A stretch of 64,000 bases of DNA from Mobula hypostoma (Eukaryota), in contig NC_086097.1 of NCBI RefSeq assembly GCF_963921235.1, positions 109,122,001 through 109,186,000 on the forward strand, written 5' to 3'. How positions within the stretch are numbered: position 1 is the stretch's first letter; each line of letters begins with the position of its first letter. The translations under genes were made by a program, and so were the position numbers. The notes below the pieces were generated by a model that worked only from the letters and a program-made list of their open reading frames with translations, did no database searches and was not told the origin of the DNA. Below, piece after piece: positions 38,265 to 51,064 of the stretch.

Positions 38265-38552
38265 ATGCTGAAGAAAAAGCAAAAAGAGAAGCTGTAGAAA
38301 AGGCTGAACAAGAGTCCAAGGAAGTTGCAAAGAATGAAAATACAGAGCAACATCATGTTAATAAAGAACAAAAAGCTGAACAAGAAAGGGGCAGTGATGA
38401 AGAAAAACGCGCAGAAGGTCATATTGCTAATATTAATCCTGTTCAGAACTCCAATAAAGACGCCAAGTCTAACGAGGAAGAAAGCCATTCTGAAACAGAG
38501 GAAAGTGCTGAAAAAGAAACTTCTGAAAGCAGAACACAGCCTATACAGAATT
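38265..38552 (+). CDS. PDE1C: PDE1C-like C-terminal charged/acidic exon
   Basis: ttaattag acceptor, gtaagt donor, 288 nt, open in the frame set by the previous exon. (D)AEEKAKREAVEKAEQESKEV...SESRTQPIQN echoes the PDE1C EEKAKKEAEEKA...QN exon. Confidence 0.85.
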
Positions 38553-39974
38553 GTAAGTCAATGCTTCATTACATTTACATGATAAATGTCTTTTTCACAG
38601 TATTTCTGACACTTCCTCTCTGTACCCATTTACCTTAGGGATACACAACACAGGAAAGTCATTCAACCAATAAACTTGATTCAAGTTTATTGCCACTTGC
38701 ATAAGTACAGAGAGGTATGGATACAGTGGAAACCATGGTTACAGCAGTATTACAGGCATCTAGATCCAGACAACATACAGTCACAGGACAGTATAATCAG
38801 GACAATGTTGCAGACTCAAAACATAGTCAGAGACAATCACATGATAATTTCAAGAGGAGGTTGATAGTGTTCTGTTGCTGATGTAAGATTAGGGCTGTGT
38901 GGATACCTGATGGCTGTATTCATTTCCAATCTGAAGCTGTATAGATGCACTTCAATTGACATACTCGACCTGATTTTTAATCTCAGATAGTGTGACCAGT
39001 CCTTATTAAAATCTTTCTTAATAACTTGCCTCAGGTATAGTGGAGATACGTTGGAAGTTCTACAGATCTGCAAATCATTTAAATAGTGCGGAGGTTTGCA
39101 CCCTGCAGAAAACAAAGGAGCTGAAATTGGCAGAATGGGCAGACACAGCAAATGAAATAAATGCATATTGTTAACATCTTGTCAGCCTCCTTTCTTCATG
39201 GGTTCATTACAACACATCTGAAATATTCAAAAGATATTTGATAACCGAAGGCATGGACTATATATTATTAATGTCTGGTGGAGATAACAGTTGCTTTTTT
39301 GGATTCTAATTCTGCCTTAAGTCCTGCGGTTGAAAACCTTGGCTTGTAGATTTAAAATGAAAGTTGAGTTTATTGTTAGTTACACAAGTCCATGTATGCA
39401 CAGGTGCAATGAAAAGCTTACTTACAGCAGCATCAGTGGCACGTAGCACCAGATAAGCAGCATTCCTAAGAAAAGAAGTATACATAAACTATATACACTT
39501 TTTATAAGTAAGAACACAATCAGAACAAAAGATGTTATATTGAATAAGGTGTGTTCATTTGGTGATATGCTTGAATGTACACTGATTCTTTAGCCCACAA
39601 GGACCAATATGATTAGATCTTGCACATTGTGAACTGAAAGGCCTTTATTGAACAAATGAATTTAGGGTCAAGCCACTGGGGGACTGTTAACGATGGGGCA
39701 ACAAGGATAGGATCAGCTTAGAGCTTGGTGGGGACGGAACACTATTGGTTTGGAGAAGTAACCTTGTGGCAGGGACCAGTGGCCATGGACGAAGGTCAGC
39801 CCAGTGGACAAGGAGGGGTACTGAACTTTCTGATTGGTTGTGTTCTGTGTTGTTCTACTGAGAATTGTAGGCATGCTGTATTAGTACTGGAATGTGTAGA
39901 CTGCCCCCAGCACATTCTTGGTTGGTTATTAATGTACACAATGCATTACATTATACATTTCAGTGTCAATAAAC

Positions 39975-40532
39975 ACATTTTAATTCCACATCCCATTCCC
40001 ATTCCGACATGTCTATCCACAGCCTCCTCTGCTGTAAAGATGAAACCACACTCAGGTTGGAGGAACAACACCTTATATTCCGTCTGGGTAGCCTCGAACC
40101 TGATGGCATGAACATCGACTTCTCTAACTTCCGCTAATGCCCCACCTCCCCCTCGTACCCCATCCGTTATTTATTTTTATACACACATTCTTTCTCTCAC
40201 TCTCCTTTTTCTCCCTCTGTCCCTCTGACTATACCCCTTGCCCATCCTCTGGGTTCCCCTCCCCCCTTTGTCTTTCTCCCTGGGCCTCCTATCCCATGAT
40301 TCTCTCATATCCCCTTTGCCAATCACCTGTCCAGGTCTTGGCTCCATCCCTCCCCCTCCTGTCTTCTCCTATCATTTTGGATCTCCCCCTCCCCCTCGCA
40401 CCTTCAAATCTCTTACCAACTTTTCCTTCAGTTAGTCCTGATGAAGGGTCTCGGCCTGAAACGTCGACTGTACCTCTTCCTAGAGATGCTGCCTGGCCCG
40501 CTGCGTTCACCAGCAACTTTGATGTGTGTTGC
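39975..40532 (+). mobile_element. Young Penelope-like element 3' part
   Basis: Open GIY-YIG C-terminus HFNSTSHSHSDMSIHSLLCCKDETTLRLEEQHLIFRLGSLEPDGMNIDFSNFR* ends at 40137, then a pyrimidine-rich UTR and hammerhead motif; atacatttcagtgt at 39953-39966 and 40533-40546 is a possible TSD. Confidence 0.87.
40433..40470 (+). ncRNA. Minimal type I hammerhead ribozyme motif (Penelope-associated), intact core
   Basis: UAGUC-CUGAUGA-A-GGGU(CUCG)GCCU-GAAA-C-GUC-GACUG. Stem I AGUC/GACU, conserved CUGANGA and GAAA boxes, stem II hairpin, loopless palindromic stem III (ACGU), GUC cleavage triplet at 40463-40465. Confidence 0.75.
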
Positions 40533-40802
40533 ATACATTTCAGTGTACATATATCTGTAGAAAGGAATGAACAGTCAATAATTCAGGTAACACTGTTCAT
40601 CAGGATTGAATCCTGATGAAGGGCCTCGACCTGAAACATCAAGTGTCCATTGCCCTCCATAGATGCAGATTAACACTCTGAGCATCTCCAGATCCTATTT
40701 GTTATAAGAGTAACCTGCTGTGAGTGTTAAGTGTGGAACTTGACCATTGTTCCCACCATCAGTTTCCATTGTCTTGAATCTGTAGCGGTATGTCTTCTTT
40801 AA

Positions 40803-41125
40803 AGCAACACATGCAAAATGCTGGAGGAACTCAGCAGGTCTGGCAGCATCTATGGAAGTGAACAAACAGTCAATGTTTCGGGCTGAGACCCTTCTTCAGG
40901 ACTGGAAAGGAAAGGGGAAGACATCAGAATAAAAAGGTGGAGGGAGAGGAAGGAGGATAGCTGGAGGGTGATAGGTGAAGCCAGGTGGGTAGTAAAGGTA
41001 AAGGGCTGGGGAAGGAGGAATCTGATAGGAAAGGAGAGTGGACTATAGAAGAAAGGAAGGAGGAGGGGACCCAGGGGTGGTGATAGGCAGGAGAGAAGAG
41101 GAAAGAGGCCAGAGTGGGGAACTGA
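40803..41125 (-). mobile_element. Penelope-like element 3' part with partly decayed hammerhead (40867-40904)
   Basis: Reverse strand reads cagtcctgaagaagggtctcagcccgaaacattgactg, then catagatgctgccagacctgctgagttcctccagcattttg. Confidence 0.78.
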
Positions 41126-42587
41126 AAAATTCTAGATTGGAATTCTCCAACCTTTGGTAACTCGCTCTTTCTGTATCAAAACTGGGCTTTTCTGCCAGCC
41201 ATCCATTTGGGAGGCTGGCTTAGTTTTCCTTTCTCCATTTATATAGGCTTACTTGATGGACATGCTCCTTAGCCCTGCCATCACCACTATATAACACAGA
41301 CAAAGGACATAATATGCTTCTCATTACCACATTAATTCATTTGGTCTCAGATTCAGATACACGTTTATCAAATGTACATGGACAGATGCAGTGAAATTTG
41401 TCATTTGCATTAACAAGCAACGTGCCTAAGGATGTGCTGGAGCAGTGGGCAAGAGTCGCCACATCTAGCATACCCACAATGCATCGCAGAACAACAGAAC
41501 ACAACAACATCAAAGTAAGTCCCTTACCTCCCGCTGTCCACCCACACTCACAGACAGTCCTCTAACTCCAGAACTTACTCTCAGACATAAGTATTTCTTT
41601 ATTCTACATATCCTCCCATACCTTCTTTTTGCAACAGAAACTCGATTTCAATGAAGGGTGTCGAACCAGAAATGTTAACTTGTTTTCTCCCACAGATGCG
41701 GTTTCACCATCTTACACTTAATTTCAGAACCTCCAACCTTTTTTTGATTCTCTTTCAAGTACTGTCAATGTGGGTCTCAGTTGTATATTGAGAGATATTT
41801 AATTTGATGGTGAGGGAAATGTGTGGTTTGATGACTTTTATTCAGATTAGCTGAAGGCTTGATTGGCTTTATTGATTCTGGAAGTGGGGATTTTGGATTC
41901 CTTCCCTAGCGATCTGTCAGTGGCGATGATAATTCCAGATATTTGCACCAGTTACACCTCCTCAGCTGTGTCATGACTGGAGGTGGCTTGCATGGCAATG
42001 TTAAAGTGAGGTCAGTTTGGATCTGGACTGCCGTGTTATTAACTCTGTTAAGGCCCATTTGACTTGCCTTAGAGGAGCTGGAATTGAGATTGATTGGATT
42101 GACTCTTAGGCTGAAAAGAGAGAATGACTAGAATGAACATACTTTTAATCTAATTAAAATCTGTTAGCACCACAGCTTTTTTGTTTCATGAACCTCAAGA
42201 TTGCTCACTATCCTTTCTCTTCTGGTTTCTTCGAGTTACTTGAAGATATCTGGTACTCCTCCACCTATCTGATGCTGTTTCTTCAATCTATATTGGAATC
42301 CATGTAGCTTTATTTGATGATCATTTTAGCATGATGCATCTCTTCATAACTGTTTTTCCTTTTTCAATAGCCACTTGTTTTTCAATTTCCTCTTTAATTT
42401 GCTTGCAAACAAGGTAGAGCTACCTTTGTATTGAACATAGAATCCTCAATGATACAGCACAGAAATAGACCTGTCGATTCACCACATCCATGCAACCCTG
42501 TTTGTTCATCTACAGCAATTGCATTTGCCCTTATCAGGACAGTATACTTCTGTGCCTTACCTGCTTAAGTGTCTAAAAGATAGTAAG

Positions 42588-43150
42588 TGCTTTGTCGAGC
42601 ACCTTGTTCCATTGGCCACAAGCAGAATTTCCCAGCGGCCTGATATTTTAATTCCAATTCCCACTCCTGTTCTGACATGTTGGTCCATGGTCTCCTCTTG
42701 TGTCAAGATGAGGTTACACTCAGGATGGAGGAGTAACCCATTACATTCCGTCTGGGTAGCCTTCAACTTATGGCATGAACATCGATTTCTCCTTCCGGTA
42801 AAAAAAATTCTCCCCCTCCATCCTCTATTCCCCAATCTAACCTTTCATCTCTTCCGATTATCTATCCCCCCCCCCCCGGTCCCCTTCTCCTGCCCTTTCT
42901 CCTATGGTCCACTCACCTCTCCTATCAGATTCCTTCTTCTTCAGCCCTTTATCTTTCCCGCTCACTTGGCTTCACCTATCACCTTCCAGCTATCCTCCTT
43001 CCCTTCCACCCACCTTTTTATTTTGGTGTCATCTCCCTTCCTTCTCAGTCCTGAAGAAGGGTCTTGGCCCGAAATATCGACTGTTTATTCATTTCCATAG
43101 ATGCTGCCTGACCTGCTGAGTACGTCCAGCATTTTGTGGGTGTTGTTTTG
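42588..43150 (+). mobile_element. Penelope-like element 3' part
   Basis: Frameshifted GIY-YIG C-terminus (FVEHL...FRLGSLQ), UTR and hammerhead motif at 43046-43083. Confidence 0.8.
43046..43083 (+). ncRNA. Minimal hammerhead ribozyme motif variant
   Basis: CAGUC-CUGAAGA-A-GGGU(CUUG)GCCC-GAAA-U-AUC-GACUG; perfect 5-bp stem I, palindromic AUAU stem III, AUC triplet. Confidence 0.6.
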
Positions 43151-43587
43151 TATCTGATCCCAGCTCTTCCTCTTACAGTGTGTTACAGATATCAATCATC
43201 TCTGTGCAAAAAAAACATATGCCTTAGACCCCTTTTATATCCCCTTGCTCTTACCTTAAACCTTTGGCCTCTAGTAAGGCATTTGTATGTTCTCCCCATG
43301 ACTGAATGGGTTTCCTCCCACATTCCAAAGACATACAGCTTAGAGCTAGTAAGTTGTGGGCACGTTATTTTGGTGCCAGAAACATGACAACACTTGTGGG
43401 CTGCCCCCAGTGCATCCACATATTGCTTTGGTCATTGATGCAAACCAAACATTTCAATGTAAGTATCGATGTACATTTGATATAATCTTTAATCCTTGGA
43501 GTTTCTCCAGTAATTTCCTATGCTGGCACAAGGCTCACAAGTTATCAAGCTTACCTATGTCCTTCTTAAATTAAAGAACAGTACTGC

Positions 43588-43690
43588 CTGTCCTGAAGAA
43601 GGATCTTGGCCTGAAAAGTCAACTGTTTATTCATTTCCATAGATGCTACTTGACCTGCTGAGTTCCTCCAGCATTTTGTTTGTGTTACTT
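43588..43690 (+). repeat. Short Penelope-like terminal fragment with decayed hammerhead
   Basis: gtcctgaagaaggatcttggcctgaaaagtcaactg...gacctgctgagttcctccagcattttg. Confidence 0.65.
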
Positions 43691-44349
43691 TGGCTGTCAC
43701 AGGAAGGATAAAATAGGATTAGACTTATGAATTTTCAATGAATACTCACTCGTCAGTACTCACTTGGGCCTATTTCTGTACACTATGACCCTATGAAAAC
43801 TTTGGCACTTCAATTTCTAGACACTGAGTAACTATGACATTTCATTTGCTCCACTAACCATGATCAACATTACTGGACTTTCCTCCGAAAGCAACTAGTG
43901 AGAGGGAGAGGAAGACAAGTCACACACAAGTAGATGGCGCCGAACATTCCCCCAATCCCCATCCTCCACTTTCGTACCCGTCAACTTCAAACTTGCTTGG
44001 CGCCTCAATCGGGGAAAACTAATAGAGTTGATCATGAGTTTTCTAAAAAAAAAACGGTATCATTTCTTTTTGCAAGTGATCTAATACCTAAGGAAAACCA
44101 CATGAGAGGTGGGGTTGGCTCGCCTTGCATCATACAGGGTATAATAATTAGGGTTAGTGAATTGGTATGCTAGTGATTGCTATCACACAGAAACCAGCAA
44201 TTTCACTGCCGGGGAAACCATGTACACTAAACTTCAGGACATGCACAAATATCAACTGAACGGCAGAGATTTTTCCTTACATTTTCCTTTGGATCACTTC
44301 CATGAGTAGAACAGAGGACAGAGGTCTTTAGTCTGCATTTCTACTATCA

Positions 44350-45585
44350 AAATCAGATTTAATATCACTGGCATATGTCATGAAATTTGTTGTTTTGCAG
44401 CAGCACTACACTGTAATACATAATAAAAAACTATAAATGACAATAAGAAATATATTTTAAAACATTAAATAGTGCAAAAAAAGAGAAAAGCAAGAAAAAA
44501 GTGAGATAGTGTACATGGGTTCAATGTCCTTTCAGAAATCTGATGGCCGAGGGGAAGAAGCTGTTCCTGAAATGTTGAGTGTGTCTCCAGGCTCCTGTAC
44601 CTCCTCTTTGATGATAACAATGGGAAGAAAGCATTACCCAAGTGCTGGCGGTCCTTAAAGATGGATGCTGCCTTCTGAAGATATCCTTGATGTTGGGAGG
44701 CTAGTGCCATGATGGAGCTGGCTGAGCTTGCAATTTTCTGCGGCCTTTTCTGATCCTCTGCGGTGGCCCCTCCGTCCTACACCAGACGGTGATGCAACCA
44801 GTTAAAATGCTTTTCATGATGCATCTGTAGAAATTTGAGTGTCTTTGGTGACATACCAAATCTCCTCAAACTCCTAATGAAATATAACCGCTGTTCTGCC
44901 TTCTTTGTAATCGCATCAATATGTTAGGCCCAGGATAGATCCTCAGAGATGTGGACACCCAGGAGCTTGAAAGTGCTCACCCTTGGCACTGCTCATCCCT
45001 TGATGAAGACTGGTTATGTGTTCTCTCGACTTCCCCTTCCTGAAGTCCACAATCAATTCCTTGGTCTTACTGACGTTGAGTGCAAGGTTGTTGTTGCAAT
45101 GCCATTCAACCAGCCAATCTATCTCGCTCCTATCACTTGCTCCTATCTCTATCACCACTCATCACCATCTGAAATTCTGCCAACAAAAGGCAAAAAGCAT
45201 GTGGACAACAGACTGAGTATCTGTTGTGTCATCATCAAATGTATTGATGGCATTTGAGCTGTGTCTAGCCAAACAGTTGTGGTTGTAGGGAGAGTAAAAT
45301 AGTGGGCTGAGCAAGCATTCTTGAGGTGCGCCAGAGCTGATTATCAGCGAGGAGGAGATGTTGTTTCCGATCTGCACTGACTGTGACTCTCCAGTCAAAG
45401 ATCCAGTTGCAGAAGGAGGTACAGAGGTTTTGAAGCTTGTTGATTAATACTGAGGGTATGATGGTGTTGAATGCTTAGCGGTAATCAGCAAACAGCAGCC
45501 TGACTTAATTATGGCTACCAGCCAGGTGATCCAAGGCCAAGTAAAGAGAGAGCCAGAGTGATTGTATCTGCTGTAGACCTATTAG
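44350..45585 (-). mobile_element. Rex1/Babar LINE, decayed
   Basis: ORFs 45162-45398, 44943-45158 and 44465-44710(-): SGAPQECLLSPLFYSPYNHN, WHCNNNLALNVSKTKELIVDFRK. Confidence 0.85.
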
Positions 45586-45914
45586 CTAAGCAAACTATTG
45601 AGCAAACTCTTCCCTTACAGTGCTGTGGAATGAGGACTGGATTCAAATCACATTCCACTTCAGTCCTTCTAGACTAAATGAAGGATCTCCACCTTTTTTC
45701 CTCCACAGATGCCTCATGACCCTTTGAGTTCCTCCAGCTCTTTTGTGTGTTGCCCCACATCCCAGCATTGGCAGTTCTTGTGTCTCCACTGTAGTCCTTT
45801 CCCAGGAAGGGTACAATTCTCATTTACCATAATAGGGAGCAGTTTTATAAGTCTTTGCCGGCAGGAAGAATCTGGACAGATCACTTTTCAGAAGGCTCAA
45901 GACCACAGGCAACT

Positions 45915-46840
45915 TAGAAACATAGCAACCCTACAGCACAATACAGGCCCTTCCACCCACAAAGCTGTGCCGAACATGTCCTTACCTTAGAAATTACCTA
46001 GGGTTACCCATAGCCCTCTATGTTTCTAAGCTCCATGTACCTATCCAGGAGTCTCTTAAAAGATCCTATCGTATCCTCCTCCACCACCGTCGCTGGCAGC
46101 CCATTCCACGCACTCACCACTCTCTGCATAAAAAAACTTACCCCTGACATCTCCTCTGTATCTACTTCCAAGTACCTTACAGCTATGCCCTCTCATGCTA
46201 GCCATTTCAGTCCTGTGAAACAGCCTTTGACTATCCACACAATCAATGCCTCTTGTCATCTTATACACCTCTATCAGGTCACCTCTCATCCTCTGTCACT
46301 CCAAGGAGAAAAGGCTGAGTTCACTCAACCTATTCTCATAAGGCATGCTCCCCAATCCAGGCAAAATCTCCTCTGCACACTTTCTATGGTTTCCATATCC
46401 TTTCTGTAGTGAGGCGACCAGAACTGAGCACAGTACTCCAAGTGGGGTCTGACCAGGATCTTGTATAGCGGCAACATTACCTCTCGGCTCCTAAACTCAA
46501 TCCCATGGTTGATGAAGGCCGATACACCGTATGCCTTCTTAACCACAGAGTCAACCCGTGCAGCGGCTTTGAGTGTCCTATGGACTTGGACCCCAAGATC
46601 CCTCTGGTCCTCCGCACTGCCAAGAGTCTAACCATTAATACTATATTCTGCCATCATATTTGACCTACCAAAATGAACTACCTCACACTTATCTGGGTTG
46701 AACTCCATCTGCCACTTCTCAGCCTAGTTTTGCGTCCTATCAATGTCTCACTGTAATCTCTGACAGCCCTCCACACTATCCACAACATTCCCAACCTTTG
46801 TGTCATCAGAAAATTTACTAACTCATCCCTCCACTTTCTT
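45915..46840 (-). mobile_element. CR1 LINE 3' fragment
   Basis: ORFs 46325-46546 and 46056-46289(-): LVRPHLEYCAQFWSPHYRKD, RGDLIEVYK. Confidence 0.88.
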
Positions 46841-47327
46841 GAGTGGAGTATCATAATTTAAATTTAGAATAAAATGTAGCAAAATGAGACTGCAGGCAGA
46901 GAACTGGTGCTATCCAAATTAAAATGAGCTGAGTACTTCTTTCTTTGTGTGAACAACAAATAAAGAAATACTCTACCTATCAACCACTGCTGAATAGTAA
47001 CAGAGGACAATATTGCACCTTGTGGAGGAAGAACTTAAAGCAATACAATCTCATATCTAAAATAAGTCAATCAAATCTGTTCAAGGAAACAAACATTGAA
47101 AATATTTTGAAGTAAATAAAGATTATGATGTTCTGTGGAGCAGTAATATGTTAACCAAACAACCACACTTCATTCCCAACCTGATACAGAATTCAGTTTC
47201 TTATTCATACTGTAATTCAACAGAAAAGATCTTGACTGACTGCTTGTTCTGAAAATCAGTGAGCCAACTTTCCTTCATTTTCTTGTCAGGCTGGAGATAC
47301 AAAATTTATCTGTACGTGTACAGCAGT

Positions 47328-47695
47328 AACTTGAATGTTGAAAGGTCTAGACAGAATGGATATGAAGAGGATGTTTCCTATAGTGCGGGAGTCTAGGACC
47401 AGAGGGCACAGTCTCAGAATAGAAGGATGTCCATTTAGAACAGAGATAAGGAAGAATTTATTTAGCCTGATGGTGGTGAATCTGTGGAATTCATTTCTAC
47501 AGACAGTTGTGGAGGCCAAGAAATATTTAAAGTGGAGCTTGATAACTTCTTCATTTGTCAGACCATCAAAGGTTACGGGGAGAAGACAGGAGAATGGGGT
47601 TGAGAGGGATCATAAATCAGCCATGATAGAATGGCAAAGCAGATTCGATAGGCTAAATGATGTAATGTTGCTCTTGTATCTTGCAGTTTTATGAT
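47328..47695 (+). mobile_element. CR1 LINE 3' fragment
   Basis: LKGLDRMDMKRMFPIVRESRTRGHSLRIEG...VVNLWNS. Confidence 0.85.
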
Positions 47696-48099
47696 CTATC
47701 TGTAAATGACCTTAAACTGCCAGTGAATCGCTCTAGCAGTCCTAGAAATTGAATGTCCACTTACATCAGGTACAGGATGCTTAAAGTCCAGAATTCTGAT
47801 TGAGCCACATGTCAGCTATGAAATTAAATCCCGCTGATTATCTCACATGTCATCGACAAGCAACTCGACAAGTTAGAGAGAAGTGTCCAACTCCAGATTA
47901 TTTATCAAATGAGATCACATTGCAGACCGTGCAATATAACTATATATTAATTTATCATTAAGTAACAGAGCAATTTAGTTTCAGAAGTAGAACACATCAT
48001 ATACCACCAATGAGCACAGCTACAAGGTGCACTGCCAAAAACAGGGAAAATTGTAAAGCATCAAAAGCTAAATATTCAATTTAGCAATTACATTCAAAA

Positions 48100-49768
48100 G
48101 CAGTTCAAAAGTATTCATCCCCCTTTGCTCAGTATTTAGTTGTACCACCTCTTGCAGCTGTTCTAACCAGTCATCTTTTTATTAGCTTTGCATAACATGA
48201 TGAATCAAGATTTGTCCATTCCTGGGATGGCAGGACTTTCATATGAAGAAAGACTGGATGAACTGGGATTAGAATTCCAATACTCGTTGGAACTTAGAAG
48301 ATTGAGGGGGGATCTGATTGAAACGTATAAAATCCTAAAGGGATTGGACAGGCTAGATGCAGGAAGATTGTTCCCGATGTTGGGGAAGTCCAGAACAAGG
48401 GGCCACAGTTTGAGGATAAAGGGGAAGCCTTTTAGGACCAAGATTAGGAAAAACTTCTTCACACAGAGAGTGGTGAATCTGTGGAATTCTCTGCCACAGG
48501 AAACAGTTGAGGCCAGTTCATTGGCTATATTTAAGAGGGAGTTAGATATGGCCCTTGTGGCTACGGGGATCAGGGGGTATGGAGGGAAGGCTGGGGCGGG
48601 GTTCTGAGTTGGATGATCGGCCATGATCATAATAAATGGCGGTGCAGGCTCGAAGGGCCAAATGGCCTACTCCTGCACCTATTTTCTATGTTTCTTGTAA
48701 AATTGCTCAAACTATGCCGGGTTAGTTGGGGAGTGGTGGTGGACAGCACTCTTACCAGAGATATTCGATCGGGTTAAGGTCAGGACTCTGGGCCACTGAA
48801 GGACATCGATTTTCTTCATTTGAAGCCACTCCATGGTTGCTCTGGCAGTGTGCTTTGGTCGTTGTCCTACTGAAAGACTAACTTCCTCCCTAGTTTAAGC
48901 TTTCTGGCAGAGGCTAGCAGGTTTTTATTCAGGAATTCTGTATTTATCAAGATTCATCTTTCCATGAATTTTGACCAGATTTTCAGGCCCTGCTGCTGAG
49001 AAGCATCCCCATAGCATGATGCTAACTCCACCATGCTTTTGAGGTAGGGGTAGTATTAACTGACGGAAGCGCAATATTAGATATGCACCACTTGTACCAC
49101 TTAGTGTTGAGGCCAAAAAGTTCCACTTTAGTGACATCTGACCACAACACCTTCTTTACAGTATTTTCTAAGTGACACTTTGCAAAGTCTTACAGGCTTT
49201 TTTTTTAAGTCAGCTTCTTCCTTGCCACTCTTACATAAATACCCTTATTGTGCAAGGCCTTAGAGATTGTGGAGCTGTGAATTTCATTTCCAGTTGCATC
49301 CACTGACTTCTACAGCTCACTCAGAGTGACTGTTGGCATCACAGTAGCCTGTCTTACAAATACCATTCTTCTCTGGCAGCTAAGTTTAGAGGGGGCAGCC
49401 TGACTTAAGCAATGTGGGTATAGTTTCATATTTTTTCCCACTTTTTCGTGATGGATTCCACTGAAGTCCAAGGTATGTTCAATACCTTTGAGATGGTCAT
49501 GTACCTTTCCTCAGATTTGTGCTTCTCTATTATCATTTCCCTGACTTGTTTTGAATGCTCTTTTGTCTTCATTTTGATTTGATCTGTTGAAAATCTACCA
49601 TACTGTTGGACCTTACACGGAGAGAGAGAGGATAGGGATGTATTCAGGTAATCCTCCAATTTTCTCCAACTTCTCCAATCCTCCAACTTCAATACATTTT
49701 TAAGTTAGAAAATGAAGCAGTAAAATATGGAAATGGGTTTGGGAGCTGAGTATTTTTTCAAGGCAATG
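48100..49768 (-). mobile_element. Tc1-family DNA transposon, decayed, interrupted by a CR1
   Basis: N-terminus MKTKEHSKQVREMIIEKHKS...ISKVLNIP (49426-49572); KHGGVSIMLWGCFSAAG (about 48990-49040); right end gagtattttttcaaggcaatg|TA is complementary to aaaagtattcatcccc at about 48107. Confidence 0.82.
48218..48694 (+). mobile_element. Young CR1 3' fragment of the same family as 29127-30896
   Basis: Near-identical to 30423-30880, including the 3' UTR and tttctatg tail. Confidence 0.92.
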
Positions 49769-50099
49769 TATACTTATCTTGATAATAAATTAACTTCGAA
49801 CTTTGATATAAGCTGTGTCAATCAGAGAAAAAGCAATATGCCGCAAGATTTTCAGAAAGTTTTAAGATGAACTCATGATTGCACTTCATCTTGTGTTATG
49901 AGGTAATTTGATTGTTATCGTACGGTCACCAATGGAAAGCTTTTTGACATTGCCTACGAAGGTTAATAAAGAATTATGCATACTTATTAAGGGAATAAAA
50001 GGGAAGTTCGTCATTGGGCGGAAAAGATCAATCATGTGACCATAACATAAACCCTGCTGGAAACATAACCAGTGTCCAGAGATACCCTATGAAACATGG

Positions 50100-50392
50100 C
50101 TTATTTATTTATTGATTGATCGATTGAGATACAGCACAGAATAGGCCCTTCCGGCCTTTCGATCCGCATAGCCTTGCAACCTCCAATTTAATCCTAGCCT
50201 ACTCACAGGACAATGTACAATGACCAATTAACCTACCAATGGGCATGTCTTTGGAATGTGGGAGGAAACTGGAGCACCTGGAGGAAACCCTCCTGATGTG
50301 GTCATGAGGAGAACATAGGCTGTGGCAGGAAATGAACCCGGGTTGCCAATACTGTAAAGGGTTGTGTTAACCAATAAGCTTCTATGCCGTCT
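50100..50392 (-). repeat. tRNA-derived SINE
   Basis: gtcttggaatgtgggaggaaactggagcacctggaggaaaccc...ggcaggaaatgaacccggg with a (TTTA)n/(TTGA)n tail. Confidence 0.7.
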
Positions 50393-51064
50393 CAGATTTA
50401 AATCTTGGTTATCAATTGTTTGTGATTATCAATGACAGTAGTTAGTTTCTAGTAAAAAAAGGCAAAATGCTGCTATTTGAAAGTTTGTTTCTTCCCTCCT
50501 ACGACTTGCCATTCCATAGGGTGGAGAGGCCTATCCTTTAATTGTTGATAATTTCAGAAAACTTGCAATCTATGTAGGCTTTACCATATTAAAATCGCAC
50601 CAATGATACAGAGATTTATATGACTATTAAGGGAATAATATGAACATTAAAGGAAAATTGGCCCATGCCCAAGAATTTCGATGGCTTCTTGCAAAACTAC
50701 TGAGCAACTACATTCAAAGATGGGCATTCCACCAAGTACACTCATTTTGGCAGTGTCAGCATACACTTCTTCAGAAGTGACCTGCCTTTTTATCACCATG
50801 TATGACTAACCCAGTGAAAAAGTATTCAAAGGCACTTACACAGAAACTTGTAAAATTTAGATCTAAGCCATTATAGAAACAGATCTTATACAACTGGACA
50901 GCTACAGTGTATAGGTAAGCAGGTAACTCCATTTGATGCTTAGCCACATTACGATCTTAGATCACAATATCATGTGAAGAACACAGGTCAAACATTCATG
51001 AAACTACCCACTATCATTTAATCTGGATTGTGAATCTCAAGCGCTCAGAAAAAAACAACTCTGT

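Noticed and set aside
38325..38582. 85-aa Lys-rich ORF in the track
   Set aside because: It is an alternative frame over the real 38265-38552 exon, whose frame is fixed by splice phase.
41645..41700. Further hammerhead-like remnants (also about 17728, 23937, 45670, 54370, 56222)
   Set aside because: The core boxes, stems or cleavage triplet are mutated; counted only as decayed family members, not as ribozymes.
40137..43119. Pro/Leu/Ser/Phe-rich ORFs of 159 and 193 aa (also at 17479, 54353, 55875)
   Set aside because: They are chance frames over pyrimidine-rich Penelope UTRs.
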